Part shown: in pieces, positions 12,111-26,216 of the stretch
Layout: every line of letters begins with the position of its first letter
How positions within the stretch are numbered: the first letter of the stretch is position 1
DNA from: Octopus vulgaris
Lineage: Eukaryota
Direction of reading: 5' to 3'
Length of the DNA: 64,000 bases
Assembly: GCA_951406725.2 (NCBI GenBank)
Contig: OX597829.1
Coordinates: 620,001-684,000, forward strand
Made by a program: the position numbers and the translations under genes
The notes under the pieces: generated by a model
Databases searched by the model: none
The model's input: the letters and a program-made list of their open reading frames with translations, nothing else
Told to the model about the DNA's origin: nothing

Positions 12111-12214
12111 ATATATTGTCTATATATATATAGACAATTGCAGCGCGGAAGGTGTTTATAGGCCATTTAAGAAACACACTGAAACCGTTAGATTCACTTC
12201 AACATTTAAATTTA

Positions 12215-12267
12215 TTTTGTCAAAATATTTTCCTCGCTTTCAGACCGCGACCTCTTCACTGACAAAA
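12215..12267 (-). ncRNA. Hammerhead motif with G3 variant
   Basis: ttttgtca-GTGAAGA-g-gtcgc...gcgag-GAAA-atat-TT-tgacaaaa; 8-bp perfect stem I. Confidence 0.6.
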
Positions 12268-12311
12268 CTTTGTACTGCATCTGAGAAAGTAACAGTTAGT
12301 TCATGATATAG

Positions 12312-12320
12312 ATGTACGTA

Positions 12321-12369
<49 letters not shown>

Positions 12370-12490
12370 ATGTATGTATGTATGTATGTGTGTGTGTATG
12401 TATGTATGTATGTATGTATGCATGTATGTACGTATTTATGTATGTATGTATATGTATGTATGTATGTATATATGTATGTATGTATGTATG

Positions 12491-12524
<34 letters not shown>

Positions 12525-12954
12525 TTTATGTATTTATGTATGTATGTATGTATGTATTTATGCATGTATGTATATGTATGTATATATGTATGTATTTATG
12601 TATGTATGTATGTATGTATGTATGTATGTATGTATGTATGTATGTATGTATGCATGTATGTATGTATGTATGTATATATGTATGTATGTATGTATGTTTG
12701 TATGTATGTATGTATGTATGTATGTATGTATGTATGTATGTATGTATGTATGTATGTATTTATGTATTTATGTATGTATGTATGTATGTATGTATTTATG
12801 TATGTATGTATGTATGTATGTATGTGTGTATGTATGTATGTATGTGTTTATGTATATATGTATGTATGCATGCATGTATGTATGTATGTATTTATGTATT
12901 TATGTATGTATGTATGTATGTATGTGTGTATGTATGTGTGTGTATGTATGTATG

Positions 12955-12986
<32 letters not shown>

Positions 12987-13262
12987 TGTATGTATGTATG
13001 TATGTATGTATTTATGTATGTGTGTATGTATGTATTTATGTATGTATGTATGTATGTATGTATGTATGTATGTATGTATGTATGTATGTATGTATGTATG
13101 TATGTATGTATGTATGTTTGTATGTATGTATGTATGTATGTATGTATGTATGTATGTGTGTATGTGTGTATGTATGTATGTATGTATGTATGTATGTATG
13201 TGTGTATGTATGTATGTATGTATGTGTGTGTATGTATGTATGTATGTATGTATGTATGTATG

Positions 13263-13296
<34 letters not shown>

Positions 13297-14090
13297 TGTG
13301 TGTGTGTATGTATGTATGTATGTATGTATGTATGTATATATGTATGTATGTATGTATGTAAGTATGTATTTATGTATGTATGTATATGTATGTATGTATT
13401 TATGTATGTATGTATGTATGTATGTATTTATGTATGTATGTATGTATGTATGTATGTATGTGTTTATGTATGTAAGTATGTATGTATGTTTGTTTGTATG
13501 TATGTATGTATGTATGTATGTATGTATGTATGTATGTATGTATGTATGTGTGTATGTATGTATGTATGTATGTATGTGTTTATGTATGTATGTATGTATG
13601 TATGTGTTTATGTATGTATGTATGTATGCATGCATGTATGTATGTATGTATGTATGTATGTATGTATGTGTTTATGTATGTATGTATGTATGTATGTATG
13701 TATGTATGTGTTTATGTATGTATGTATGTATGCATGTATGTATTATGTATGTATGTATGTATGTATGTATGTATGTATGTATGTACGTACGTACGTATGT
13801 ATGTATTTATGTATGTAGGTATGTATGTTTGTATGTATGTATGTATTTATGTATTTATGTATGTATGCGTGTATGTATGTATGCATGTGTGTGTATGTAT
13901 GTATGTATGTATGTATGTATGTATGTTCGTATGTGTGTATTTATGCATGTATGTATGTGCGTATGTATGTATGTATATATGTATGTGCGTACGTATGTAT
14001 GTGTGTACATGTATGTGCGCATGCATGTGTGCATGCCTATACGCATGTATGTATGTACTTATGTGCTTACGTATGTATGTGAGTATTTAG
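12312..14090 (+). repeat. (TATG)n tetranucleotide array, about 1.8 kb
   Basis: Direct reading; degenerates toward the 3' end. Confidence 0.97.
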
Positions 14091-14772
14091 GAGAGTGTGT
14101 AGACGTGTCTGTCTGTGTGTGTACATGTGAACGTATGTTTATGTAATGATATGTGTCAGTTCAAGTTACCTTGTTGAAGGTTGTATATATATACATTTAT
14201 ATATCGACACACACACACACATATGTATGTGTGTGTGTGTGTGTGCGCGTTTGTCCCTCTCACCACCGTCTAACGGTGAATGGATACAACGTCTTAGATA
14301 CATATATGCACATATAACCTTATACATATATACAAGTACACACAATCATATAGACACTTACACATACTCACAAATATACGTATAATCTTAAAGTATACAC
14401 ACATATACGCTCATCCATCTCTACATACATAAAACCCCTCTTTGGGTTTTACTTCTAGTCTTTATCAAATGATTTTTTGCATGCGAGCAAGATGCGTATA
14501 CATATGTGTACATGTATTTGTGTGTGTATTTTTGTTTTGCATTTATATATCTGTATATGTATGTGGTCTGCAAACATCTATCTGTGTATTTTGACGTATA
14601 CATTGTATATTGATGGTTTAGTATGAGTATATACTGTTGTGAAATATTTTAATATATTTTAATTTCAATTTTTATGTATTGAATTATATTTTCTACATAA
14701 TTAATGACAATATGTATTTGAATCAAATCTTCGATTTAAGGTTTTTCCTCAATTTTTATAATTTTATATTTT

Positions 14773-14839
<67 letters not shown>

Positions 14840-14841
<2 letters not shown>

Positions 14842-15012
14842 GACAAACAAGAACAGACAAACGGATTAAGTCGATTGCATCGACCTCAGTGCGTAACTGG
14901 TACTTAATTTATTGACCCCGAAAGGATGAAAGGCAAAGTTGACCTCGGCGGAATTTAAACTCAGAACGTAACGGCAGGCGAAATACGGCTATGCATTTCG
15001 CCCGGCGTGCTA
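14840..15012 (-). mobile_element. SINE family A, truncated
   Basis: Reverse-complement match to family A. Confidence 0.88.
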
Positions 15013-15183
15013 GGCGCAGACGTGGCTGCGAAGTACGAGACTTGCTTCCCAATCACATTGTTCTGGGTTCAATTCCACTGCGTGGTAAATTGCCTCGAGC
15101 CGACAAAATCTTTGTGAGTAGATATGGTAGATGGAAAGAAGATCGTCTTGTGGGTGCGTATGTGCGTGTGTGTGTATGTGTGT

Positions 15184-15217
<34 letters not shown>

Positions 15218-15420
15218 CTGTGTTTGTCTCCCGCTCTCGCTTGACAATTGATGCTGGTGTGCTTGCGGCCCTGTAAACTAGCGGTTAGACAAAAGAGACC
15301 GATAGAAATACTAGGCTTACAAAAATAAGTCCTAGCTCAATTTCTTCGATTAAAAACGCTTCGCGGCGGTGCTCCAGCATGGCCAATGTGAAATGACTGA
15401 AACAAGTAAAAGAATAAAAG
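15013..15420 (+). mobile_element. SINE family B
   Basis: ggcgcagacgtggctgcg...ggttcaattcc...ggcggtgctccagcatggcc...gaaacaagtaaaaga. Confidence 0.85.
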
Positions 15421-15539
15421 ACTATGCACACACACACACACACACACACATATTGTAAAAGATGGAAAAAATTTTATAACACTGATTACGGGATTCGAAC
15501 GTCGGTTGCATCTGCTATAACAATACATACTACGTGGAA

Positions 15540-15587
<48 letters not shown>

Positions 15588-15934
15588 TGGAAAAGTGAGG
15601 AGTGGGTGAAGTGAAGGACGGAGAAGCAGAACTTGAATCATGCGCAGCAGCGTTTTAGAGGTTTTGTTCTTTTTTTGTGGATTTTTTTCTTTGGCTTTTT
15701 TTGCTGTTGTTTTCTTCCTCTGCTCATAATAAAACTGTGAAATATGGTGGAGAACCCGCCGAGCAGTTTTACAGCGCTCCTTTTATTTGCAGGCAGGTTT
15801 TAGTAACGTCAGTATAAGTTGTCACGGCTTGCTCCTTAACACATCCCATAAAAATGAAGTCCTGTTTATAGTGAGGATTCTAAGACCTATAAAAGTTAGG
15901 AGAATGGTGATAGAGAGGCATTCGCAAAAAGCAC

Positions 15935-16027
<93 letters not shown>

Positions 16028-16041
16028 TACACACAGATATA

Positions 16042-16077
<36 letters not shown>

Positions 16078-16346
16078 TGTATGTATGTATACAGTCATAC
16101 TCGTACAAAAACATATAGCTGCACACGCATATACACACACATACGTGATGAAAGTATATGCACATATATAGTCATATATATCAATAAATACGCGCGCGTC
16201 TATGGATATATATGTATATGTGTATATATTATATATATATATATATATGTATAATATATAATATATGATATATATATTATATATATATGTATGTACACAC
16301 ATACACACATACACACACGCACGCACATATATATATCTCTTATTAT

Positions 16347-16402
<56 letters not shown>

Positions 16403-16741
16403 AAACATGTGTTTGTATGAGTACATAACATATCTATTAACGAAAACAGAGGTAGCAGCACGTGTGTGGTAAAATGTAAATAAATTTACATTCGTACGTT
16501 TCATAAACATGTTCCCCGTGGTATTTCTATTTGCACAGAGAGGTAAATAGAAATACCACAAGGTTTCCTTTCATTATCACGAAATGAACTGAGAAGCACC
16601 ACGTCTGGTTTCGCCTGGTTATTGCCGCCTCATCAGTAGCGTCAAAAAACGTTCGTTACAACATTGTCTGGGAAAGCAGGTTACCACATCTTCCTATAAA
16701 TACTACGAATAACTAGAATAGATTTCTCTGTCACACATTAT

Positions 16742-16950
16742 TCTTTTATTCTTTTATCTCTTTCAGTAATTTGGCTGCGACCATGCTGGAGCATCACCTT
16801 AAAGAGATTTTAGTCGAACTAGTCGACCTCAGGGTTTATTCTTGGTAAGACTAGTACTAATTCTATCGGTCTCTTATGCCGAACCGGTACGTTACGGGGA
16901 CACCAGGATCGGTTGTCAAGCGATAGCGGTGGGGGAGGGGACAAACACAC
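16742..16950 (-). mobile_element. SINE family B 3' half
   Basis: ccatgctggagcatc...ttctatcggtctc...gttgtcaagcgat. Confidence 0.8.
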
Positions 16951-16981
16951 ACATAAATATAAATACACACATATACAGTGA

Positions 16982-17300
16982 AGGCGCATGGCTTAGTGGT
17001 TAGGGCATTCGGCTCACGATTGTAAGGTCGTGAGTTCAATTCCCAGCGACTCGCTATGTCCTTGAGCAAGACACTTTATTTCTCGTTGCTCCAGTCCACT
17101 CAGCTGGCAAAAATGAGTTGTACCTGTATTTCAAAGGGCCAGCCTTGTCACACTCTGTATCACGTTGAATCTCCCTGAGAACTACGTTAAGTGTACACGT
17201 GTCTGTGGAATGCTCAGCCACTTGCACGTTAACTTCACGAGCAAGCTGTTCCGTCGATCGCATCAGCTGGGACCCACGTCGTCGTAACTGACGGAGTGCT
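16982..17300 (+). mobile_element. tRNA-derived SINE family C (full length)
   Basis: ggcgcatggcttagtggttagg A-box, gagttcaattcc B-box, gtccttgagcaagacacttta block; paralogs at 6767, 36988 and 39127. Confidence 0.88.
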
Positions 17301-17301
17301 C

Positions 17302-17354
<53 letters not shown>

Positions 17355-17408
17355 AAATTAAAAGAGGAAAATGCACACACTTTACATAGTTTTAATATAA
17401 CTTTTAAT

Positions 17409-17442
17409 ATATCGACCGGTTTCGCTTCGCTATTCATGATAT
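17409..17442 (-). ncRNA. Ultra-minimal hammerhead, A3:U8 variant
   Basis: atatc-ATGAATA-gc gaa gc-GAAAC-cg-GTC-gatat; 5-bp stem I; lies about 290 nt downstream of a Penelope endonuclease stop codon. Confidence 0.7.
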
Positions 17443-17730
17443 TATGGTTTACTTATTTGAATATGTATTTCCTTAAGAAGACATTTTTATCCATGTTGTC
17501 TGTGATGATATTTACGAGTGAATGACTTCAAGAGTAGAAAAATAAGGGGAGGCAATTGGTTATCGTTATTATTGTTGTTGTTGTGGGCAAGGGAGATAAC
17601 TGTTCAGCTTTCGGTAAGGGGAGGGGAATATACATGTACAAATAAAGGTTTCGAAAAGCTTGTTTAGTGAGGGGTATCTATGTACAGTGATATAAACGTG
17701 AATTGAAATATGTAAAAAGATAAAAGTTGG

Positions 17731-17881
17731 TTATGCGATCATATTAAGACATGTTCTGTATTTTTCGATGAAAAAAGTTTCTTTATTGAAACGTTTTTGT
17801 GGAGAGATTGTGTCTTTGCAGTGGTAGAAGGGGGAGACTGGAATTTGATTTGATGTTACCTGCACATTTTTCTATATGTTC
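17731..17881 (-). pseudogene. Penelope-like element GIY-YIG endonuclease C-terminus (frameshifted, 5'-truncated)
   Basis: EHIEKCAGNIKSNSSL /frameshift/ PFYHCKDTISPQKRFNKETFFIEKYRTCLNMIA*; fits the H..C...PFY...R..KE..FI.KY...LN pattern of Penelope-like GIY-YIG ends. Confidence 0.75.
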
Positions 17882-17899
17882 TACATATATATATATATA

Positions 17900-18410
17900 T
17901 ATATACCTAAGGTTCCACGCAGTGGGACTGAACCTGGACCATAACATGCCTTCGCCTATTGTAAATTCGGTGACAGTAGTGTCTATTATTTACTTGTTTA
18001 CAGCTAAGCTGGAGCCCCGATTTAAAGGATTTAGTTTAAACAAATCGACACCTGTACTTATTTGTATGCCGGGTGCATGTTCTTTCTATCTCTTTTTGCC
18101 GATCCGCTAAGTTACGGGGACATAAATAACTAACATTGGTTGTCAAGCGGTGCTGAGGCACAAGCACAAGGAAAGGCACTCACACACACACACACACACA
18201 CATGACGGGGTATTTTTAGTTTCTGTCTACCAAATCCACTCCAAGGCTTACCTAAGGTACCACACAGTGGTGCTGAACCTGGAACCCATACATAACAGGC
18301 TTCTTTCAGTTTCCACCTGCCAAATCCACTCAAAAGGCTTTGGTCGGCCCGAGACTATAGTAGAAGACACCTACCCAAGGTTCCACGCAGAGGAACTGAA
18401 CCCGGAACGC
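17900..18410 (-). mobile_element. Cluster of SINE family B fragments
   Basis: Repeated ggttccacgcag..actgaacc, caaatccactc and ttctttcagtttcc blocks. Confidence 0.75.
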
Positions 18411-18629
18411 GAAATTTTTTTTCCTACGCGAACACCGGACCCTAGTTATGAATTCATTTGCATACAACCAATCAGAGCTCAACTATCAAATTAATGTCCA
18501 CCTAATCACGAAAATACTCTGGTTGGGTTCAGTGGAAAATGTGCGTCATAGCAAAATTCAACTGATCCACTTTCGTGGGAAAATCAAGTTTTGCACCCGG
18601 GACCATGTGGTTGGTAAGCAAGCCACTTA

Positions 18630-18676
<47 letters not shown>

Positions 18677-18690
18677 ACACACACACTCAT

Positions 18691-18855
18691 GCACAGGCGA
18701 GGCTGTGTAAGGAGATTGCTTCCCAATCACATCGTTCCGGGTTCAGTCCCACTGCAAGACACCTCAAGGAAATGTTGTCTACTATGGCCTCGAGCCGACC
18801 AAAGCCTTGTGAATGGATTTGGTGGACGAAAACTGTAAGAAGCCCGTCGTATATA
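18691..18855 (+). mobile_element. SINE family B 5' half
   Basis: ggctgtgtaagg...ggttcagtcccactgc...aagcccgtcgtatata, followed by (GCGT)n. Confidence 0.8.
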
Positions 18856-18859
18856 TATG

Positions 18860-18939
<80 letters not shown>

Positions 18940-19149
18940 TGTGTCCGTGTATATGTGAGGGTGTATGTCCCAGTATACTTTTACATTTTACTTCTTTCAG
19001 TCACTGGACAGTGGCTAGCCAACAAATCAATCCCGGTATTTGTTTTGTAGCTTTGTACTTTATCCATCCTTTTTGTCCCATCACTTGCTACCAGAGACGT
19101 AAACAAACCAGCACCGGTTGTCCAGCGATAGTGAGGAAACAAAGACGCA

Positions 19150-19358
19150 CATACAAACACATACATATATACATACATACATACATATGCACACATACAT
19201 GCATGCATACATATGCATACACACATACATAGATACATACATATGCACACACATATACATACATATGCACAAACACATACATATATATGCACACGCACAT
19301 ACATACATACATATGCACACATACATACATACATGCATGCATACATACATACATACAT

Positions 19359-19389
<31 letters not shown>

Positions 19390-19906
19390 TACATACATAC
19401 ATACATAAATACATACATACATACATACATACATACATACATACATACATGCATACATACACACACACACATACATACATACATACATAAATACATACAT
19501 ACATACATACATACATACATGCATGCATACATACATACATACATGCATACATACATGCATACATGCATACATACACACACATACATACATACATACATAC
19601 ATACATACATACACACACACATACATACATACATACATACATAAATACATACATACATACATACATACATACATACATGCATACATGCATACATACACAC
19701 ACACACATACATACATACATACATAAATACATACATACATACACACACACATACATACATACATACATACATAAATACATACATACATACATACATGCAT
19801 ACATGCATACATACACACACACACATACATACATACATACATAAATACATACATACATACACACACACATACATACATACATACATAAATACATACATAC
19901 ATACAT

Positions 19907-19937
<31 letters not shown>

Positions 19938-20386
19938 TACATACATAAATACATAAATACATACATACATACATACATACATACACACACACATACACAC
20001 ATACATACATACATACATACATACATACATACATACATACATACATACATACATACATACATACATACATACACACATACATACATACATACATACATAC
20101 ATACATACATACATACATACATACATACATACTTACATACACACATACATACATACATACATACATACATACATACATACATACATACTTACATACACAC
20201 ATACATACATACATACATACATACATACATACATACATACATACATACATACTTACATACACACATACATACATTCATACATACATACATACATACATAC
20301 ATACATACATACATACATACATACATACACACATACATACATTCATACACACACACATACATACATACATACATACATAAATACAT

Positions 20387-20417
<31 letters not shown>

Positions 20418-20909
20418 TACATACATAAATACATAAATACATACATACATACATACATACATACATACATACATACACACATACACACATACATACATTC
20501 ATACATACATACATACATACATACATACATACATACATACTTACATACACACATACATACATACACACATACATACATACATGCATTCATACATACATAC
20601 ATACATACATACATACATACATACATACATACATACATACATACATACATACATACTTACATACACACATACATACATACATACATACATACATACATAC
20701 ATACATACATACATACATACTTACATACACACATACATACATACATACATACATACATACATACATACATACATACATACATACATACTTACATACACAC
20801 ATACATACATTCATACATACATACATACATACATACATACATACATACATACATACACACATACATACATTCATACACACATACATACATACATACATAC
20901 ATACATACA

Positions 20910-20943
<34 letters not shown>

Positions 20944-20945
20944 CA
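19150..20945 (+). repeat. (CATA)n tetranucleotide array, about 1.8 kb
   Basis: Direct reading; begins at the internal microsatellite position of a minus-strand SINE B (18985-19140). Confidence 0.97.
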
Positions 20946-21244
20946 TCGTCAGGACTTACAAATTCTGATACCGTGAAAATGCTGGCGTATTAACCTCGTT
21001 CCATCAATATACATTCGTATATAGACACAAATATACATACATATATAAAATAGATACGTTCATAGATGCATGCATGTATACACGCATACATATACATATG
21101 CATATATACAAAGAAAGCCCAGTATCCACAGATCGCCGTTACTCTGAGTTTCTTTGAGTTGCCAACAGACACGTCTCTCTTAACATGAAACTTAAATTGC
21201 TCTGATACACTGCACAGTTCTTTATATTTCTGAATATAAATAAA

Positions 21245-21626
21245 GGCGGCGAGCTGGCAGAGTGGTTAGCACGCCGGGCGAAATGCGCACTGACTTGAAA
21301 TTCCGCCGAGGTCGACTTTGCTTTTCATCCCTTCAGGGTCGATAAATTACGCACAGTTACGCACTGGGGTCGATGTAATCTACTTAATCCGTCTGTCTGT
21401 CCTTGTTTGTCCCCCTCTATGTTTAGCCCCTTGTGGGTAGTAAAGAAATAGGTATTTCGTCTGTCGCTACGTTCTGAGTTCAAATTCCGCCGAGGTCGAC
21501 TTTGCCTTTCATCCTTTCGGGGTTGATTAAATAAAGTACCAGTTACGTACTGGGGTCGATGTAATCGACTCAATCCGTTTGTCTGTCCTTGTTTGTCCTC
21601 TCTACCCCTTGTGGGTAGTAAAGAAA
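21245..21626 (+). mobile_element. SINE family A tandem dimer
   Basis: Full unit fused at 21450/21451 to a second unit starting at internal ggtatttcg; flanking direct repeat atttctgaatata (21226-21238 and 21630-21642). Confidence 0.88.
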
Positions 21627-21693
21627 CACATTTCTGAATATATCTCAAACTTGTCTTGCTATTGACTGCTCCAATCTTTGTTCAGGCAGATGA

Positions 21694-21745
<52 letters not shown>

Positions 21746-22100
21746 ATTCATACTTAAGCGTACATAAATAGACACACACACACACACACACACACATCCA
21801 CGCACAAACACACATTTGTAATACACACCCGATGCTCTCTCTCACACACGTATCTTCAATTAAGATACATAGGAAGCTATGTTAGATAGTTACAAAGCTA
21901 CGTAAACAGAAGCATGCATACACTCTCGGTTAATGTACATGTTTTGTAGGCGGAGCTGTAGGCATAACCTTGGCCATGATGGCTAAAACATACGTATTTA
22001 TGTATTTGCGTGTGTTCTAATGCAAAGCACACAGACGTAGTCATAGCTACATAACATTAACACATAAATAAATATAGATATAAGTAAGTATGCAGTTATA

Positions 22101-22145
<45 letters not shown>

Positions 22146-22482
22146 CTGCTGCTTAAAATAAAGTATATAATATATATATATATGTATATGTTTATATATA
22201 TATATGTGTGTGTGTGTGTGTAAATGTTATCATTTTGTCTAATTGTATGTGTGCATACACATACATTCATATATAAAACTCATATGTGAGTTAATATGTG
22301 TATGTGTATGTATATATGATATACGTGTGTGCGTATGCATGTATATTCATATATATATATATATATATGTTTGTGTATGTGTGTGTGTATATATATATAT
22401 GTATATATATGTGTGTGTGTGTATGTATGTATATATATATGTATATATGTGTGTGAATATATATATATATATATTCACATAC

Positions 22483-22557
22483 ATGAATGCGTCTGCCGTT
22501 GAAATTATGTGTGACACACATACGCACTGACGAAGCAGTACATACATATATATATAT

Positions 22558-22627
<70 letters not shown>

Positions 22628-22628
22628 G

Positions 22629-22674
<46 letters not shown>

Positions 22675-22748
22675 TGTATGTATGTATATATGTATGTTCG
22701 TCAGTGCGTATGTGTGTCACACATAATTTCAACGGCAGACGCATTCAT
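22483..22748. repeat. 52-bp perfect inverted repeat enclosing a TA/TATG microsatellite
   Basis: 22483-22534 is the exact reverse complement of 22697-22748; arms end in CTGACGAA. Confidence 0.85.
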
Positions 22749-22905
22749 AAGCAGACAGACAGTGGCAGATAACACCCCTTCCATTCATACTCACACACAC
22801 ACATACACTTACACACTCGACCATACACACACTCAACCACACACACACCACGCTTCGAATGCGTGGTTACATGCCAAGTCTTTCTCTACGCATTCGCTTA
22901 CGCTC

Positions 22906-22947
<42 letters not shown>

Positions 22948-23816
22948 ATATATACTCACACACCCGCTTACCCCTCCACAGCCTTCATACATATACACAC
23001 ACACACACACACACATACTGGATGGATACACTGATACGCGCATGGGACACACGTAGTCACCGAGTTTTTTACACAGACATACGCTAAACCATCTGCGCTG
23101 AAGTCTAGGCTATTAACAGAACAAAAGCCATTTCTTAAACGAGCAGCCACGAGAAGCTCGCTCGCTGGCAAAGTAGAAGGGAGAAATGCTAACTGACTCC
23201 TACAATAAATAAATACAATAAAACAAAACAATAAGATATATACGTAGATAAATAAATAAATAAAAAAAAAAAAGAAGAAAATTTTAGGAGGGTAGGGCAT
23301 TGGTATAAACAAAGCCAAAACTAACTGCTCCTTTACAAAGATGAATTATGGGGGTCCAGAAAACTTGTACAAGCCCCAGAGACAGCAGCAGCAAATGATC
23401 GTAGAGGATGAAGGATGTGGATGTATTATATTATTATTATATATCGGAAGAAAATATATCACCCAAAGCTGGAGAAAAAAGGAAGAGGAAAGAAGGAGGG
23501 AGGGGAGGAGGAGGAGGAGGAGAAGAAGAAGAAGAAGATGGCGATGAGGATGAAGACGAAGAAAAAGAAGAGGAAGAAGATGATGGCGATGATGATGATG
23601 AACAGTTGGTGTGTACATGCGTGCATCTGCGTGTTTGTGTGTGTGTGTGCGTACACGCGTGTGTACGTGTGTATGCATGTGTGTGCGAGTGTTTGCGTAT
23701 GGGACATGCGTTTGTGTGTGTGTGTTTGTATGTTGTGTATATATAATACGTGCGTGTGTATATATACATATGTATGCATATATATATGCGTGTGTATGTA
23801 TTCATGCATGCAAATA

Positions 23817-23863
<47 letters not shown>

Positions 23864-24261
23864 GTATGTATATGTATGTAGGTATATATATATATGTGTG
23901 TGTATGTATAAATATATAAGTGTGTGTATGTATTTATATATATGCATGTATTTGTATGAGTTAGTGTGCGTGTATTGTGTGTACATGTGTGCGCGTGTGT
24001 AAAAAAACTGGAAGAACAATGTAGACACGTCCAGTAAGAGAGGGGGGTGAGCAAGAGGAAGAGAGGGACGGAGAGAGAGAAAGAGAGAACCAGATGGCAA
24101 GTGAAAGAAAGGCGGACAACTTAGAGAAAGATACAGGAAGAGAGTCGGGAGAAAAATGTGGGGAAAAATGGCGAAAAATGTGAAATAAGGAGAGCATTTG
24201 TAAGAAATCAAGACCAAATAATATATAGGAGAGAAAGAAGAGTAGGTAAAAAGATCCAGGG

Positions 24262-24885
<624 letters not shown>

Positions 24886-25155
24886 GAGGGAGACTAAGGC
24901 GGGATTATAGGTGGGGCAGAGAAACAAGGGGACGAGTACGATGTACATGAGGGTAAAAGAAAGAGCAGACTAGGCAAAAGGGATAGAAAGAGAGAAAGTA
25001 GAGAGAGAAGAGAGAGTGGAAGGAGAAAGAGAGAAAGTTTAGAGAAGAGAGAGAGAGAGAGAGAGAGAGTAAGCCGAAGATAGAATATCTTGCCTTCATA
25101 TAAATGATATTGGAGAAGCATTTATTATCCAGTGAGACGGGGAAAAACGAAAAGA

Positions 25156-25196
<41 letters not shown>

Positions 25197-25852
25197 TGTT
25201 GAGAGAGAAATAGAGATTATTGTGGCGGTAGTGATGAAGATCGTGATGATTGAAAAAGAAGAGGAAAACAGAATTAACTGAGGAAGGATGAGGGGACAAA
25301 CGGCATGGGAGAAGCGAGAGAGAATGAGAGAGGGTGGAGAGGAGAGAGGTGCAGGAGAGAGGGAGAGAGGGATTCAAGCTGAGTAAAAAAAAAAAATGAA
25401 CGAGAGCGAGAGTAAGGTAAATTCAAAATAAGTTGAAATTTAAGAATTCTTTTGAATTCTAAAAGAATGTGAGAATGAGATTTTGGAAAATTAGATGTTG
25501 TGGGAGGAGAGTACTTAACAGAGTGATTGAAAGAACAAGATTGAAAGAGAAAGGGGAAATATACACGCTAAGTGTTAAATGCATGTTTAAATGTGATATA
25601 TAGACTAATATGTCGATTTATATGTAGCAGGACATAATCACCGCCGTACACAAACTGCACATTATGTTGCCTCTGAGAACAAGAGAATCCATAAAGCAAG
25701 GACTTTGGAACAATACAAACACCAACACATCTTTGTTTCGACATTCTTACTAAATGTAGGAGGCATCAACCCACCACTCTATGCTCTCAAGAATGGAAGA
25801 CCACATGCATCTGAGAATTGGTTTGCTGAAATGAAACGCTGTATCCTTCTTT

Positions 25853-26216
25853 CATCATCATCATCATCATTGTTCGACCATGTCGAGACAATGGAATTTA
25901 CTATGTTACGCCAGACTTCACGGTCCATCATGGCATTACGGAGGTCCTGTTGCTGGATGCCTGTATCCCTGGAGATTACATCAGGGTAGGAGAGTGTGCA
26001 CCCTCTGGTATCGCGAGTAGATGGCTTCCAGAGGAGAAGAGGAGAAATTACCTCGTTTTCAGCTCTACAACAATGTCCAGCAAACTGGACTCTTCCACCT
26101 TTCACAAGAGATGATACAGGTGGTAGTTTCCCATATATTTGTACTTTGGTTGGATGACGCTTCCACGAGAGATTTTGAGCTCTCATAAGGAGGCGAGTGT
26201 AAGTTCCATCCAACCT
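25853..26216 (-). mobile_element. RTE-like LINE 3' fragment with (GAT)n tail
   Basis: LDGTYTRLLMRAQNLSWKRHPTKVQIYGKLPPVS...FAGHCCR...LLLWKP...AMMDREVWR, typical of an RTE-type C-terminus; ends in tgatgatga repeats. Confidence 0.85.

Noticed and set aside
12296-20976. MYVC / HTYI repeat ORFs
   Set aside because: Translations of (TATG)n and (CATA)n
23150-23175. gaagctcg seed resembling miR-993
   Set aside because: The remainder does not match and there is no hairpin
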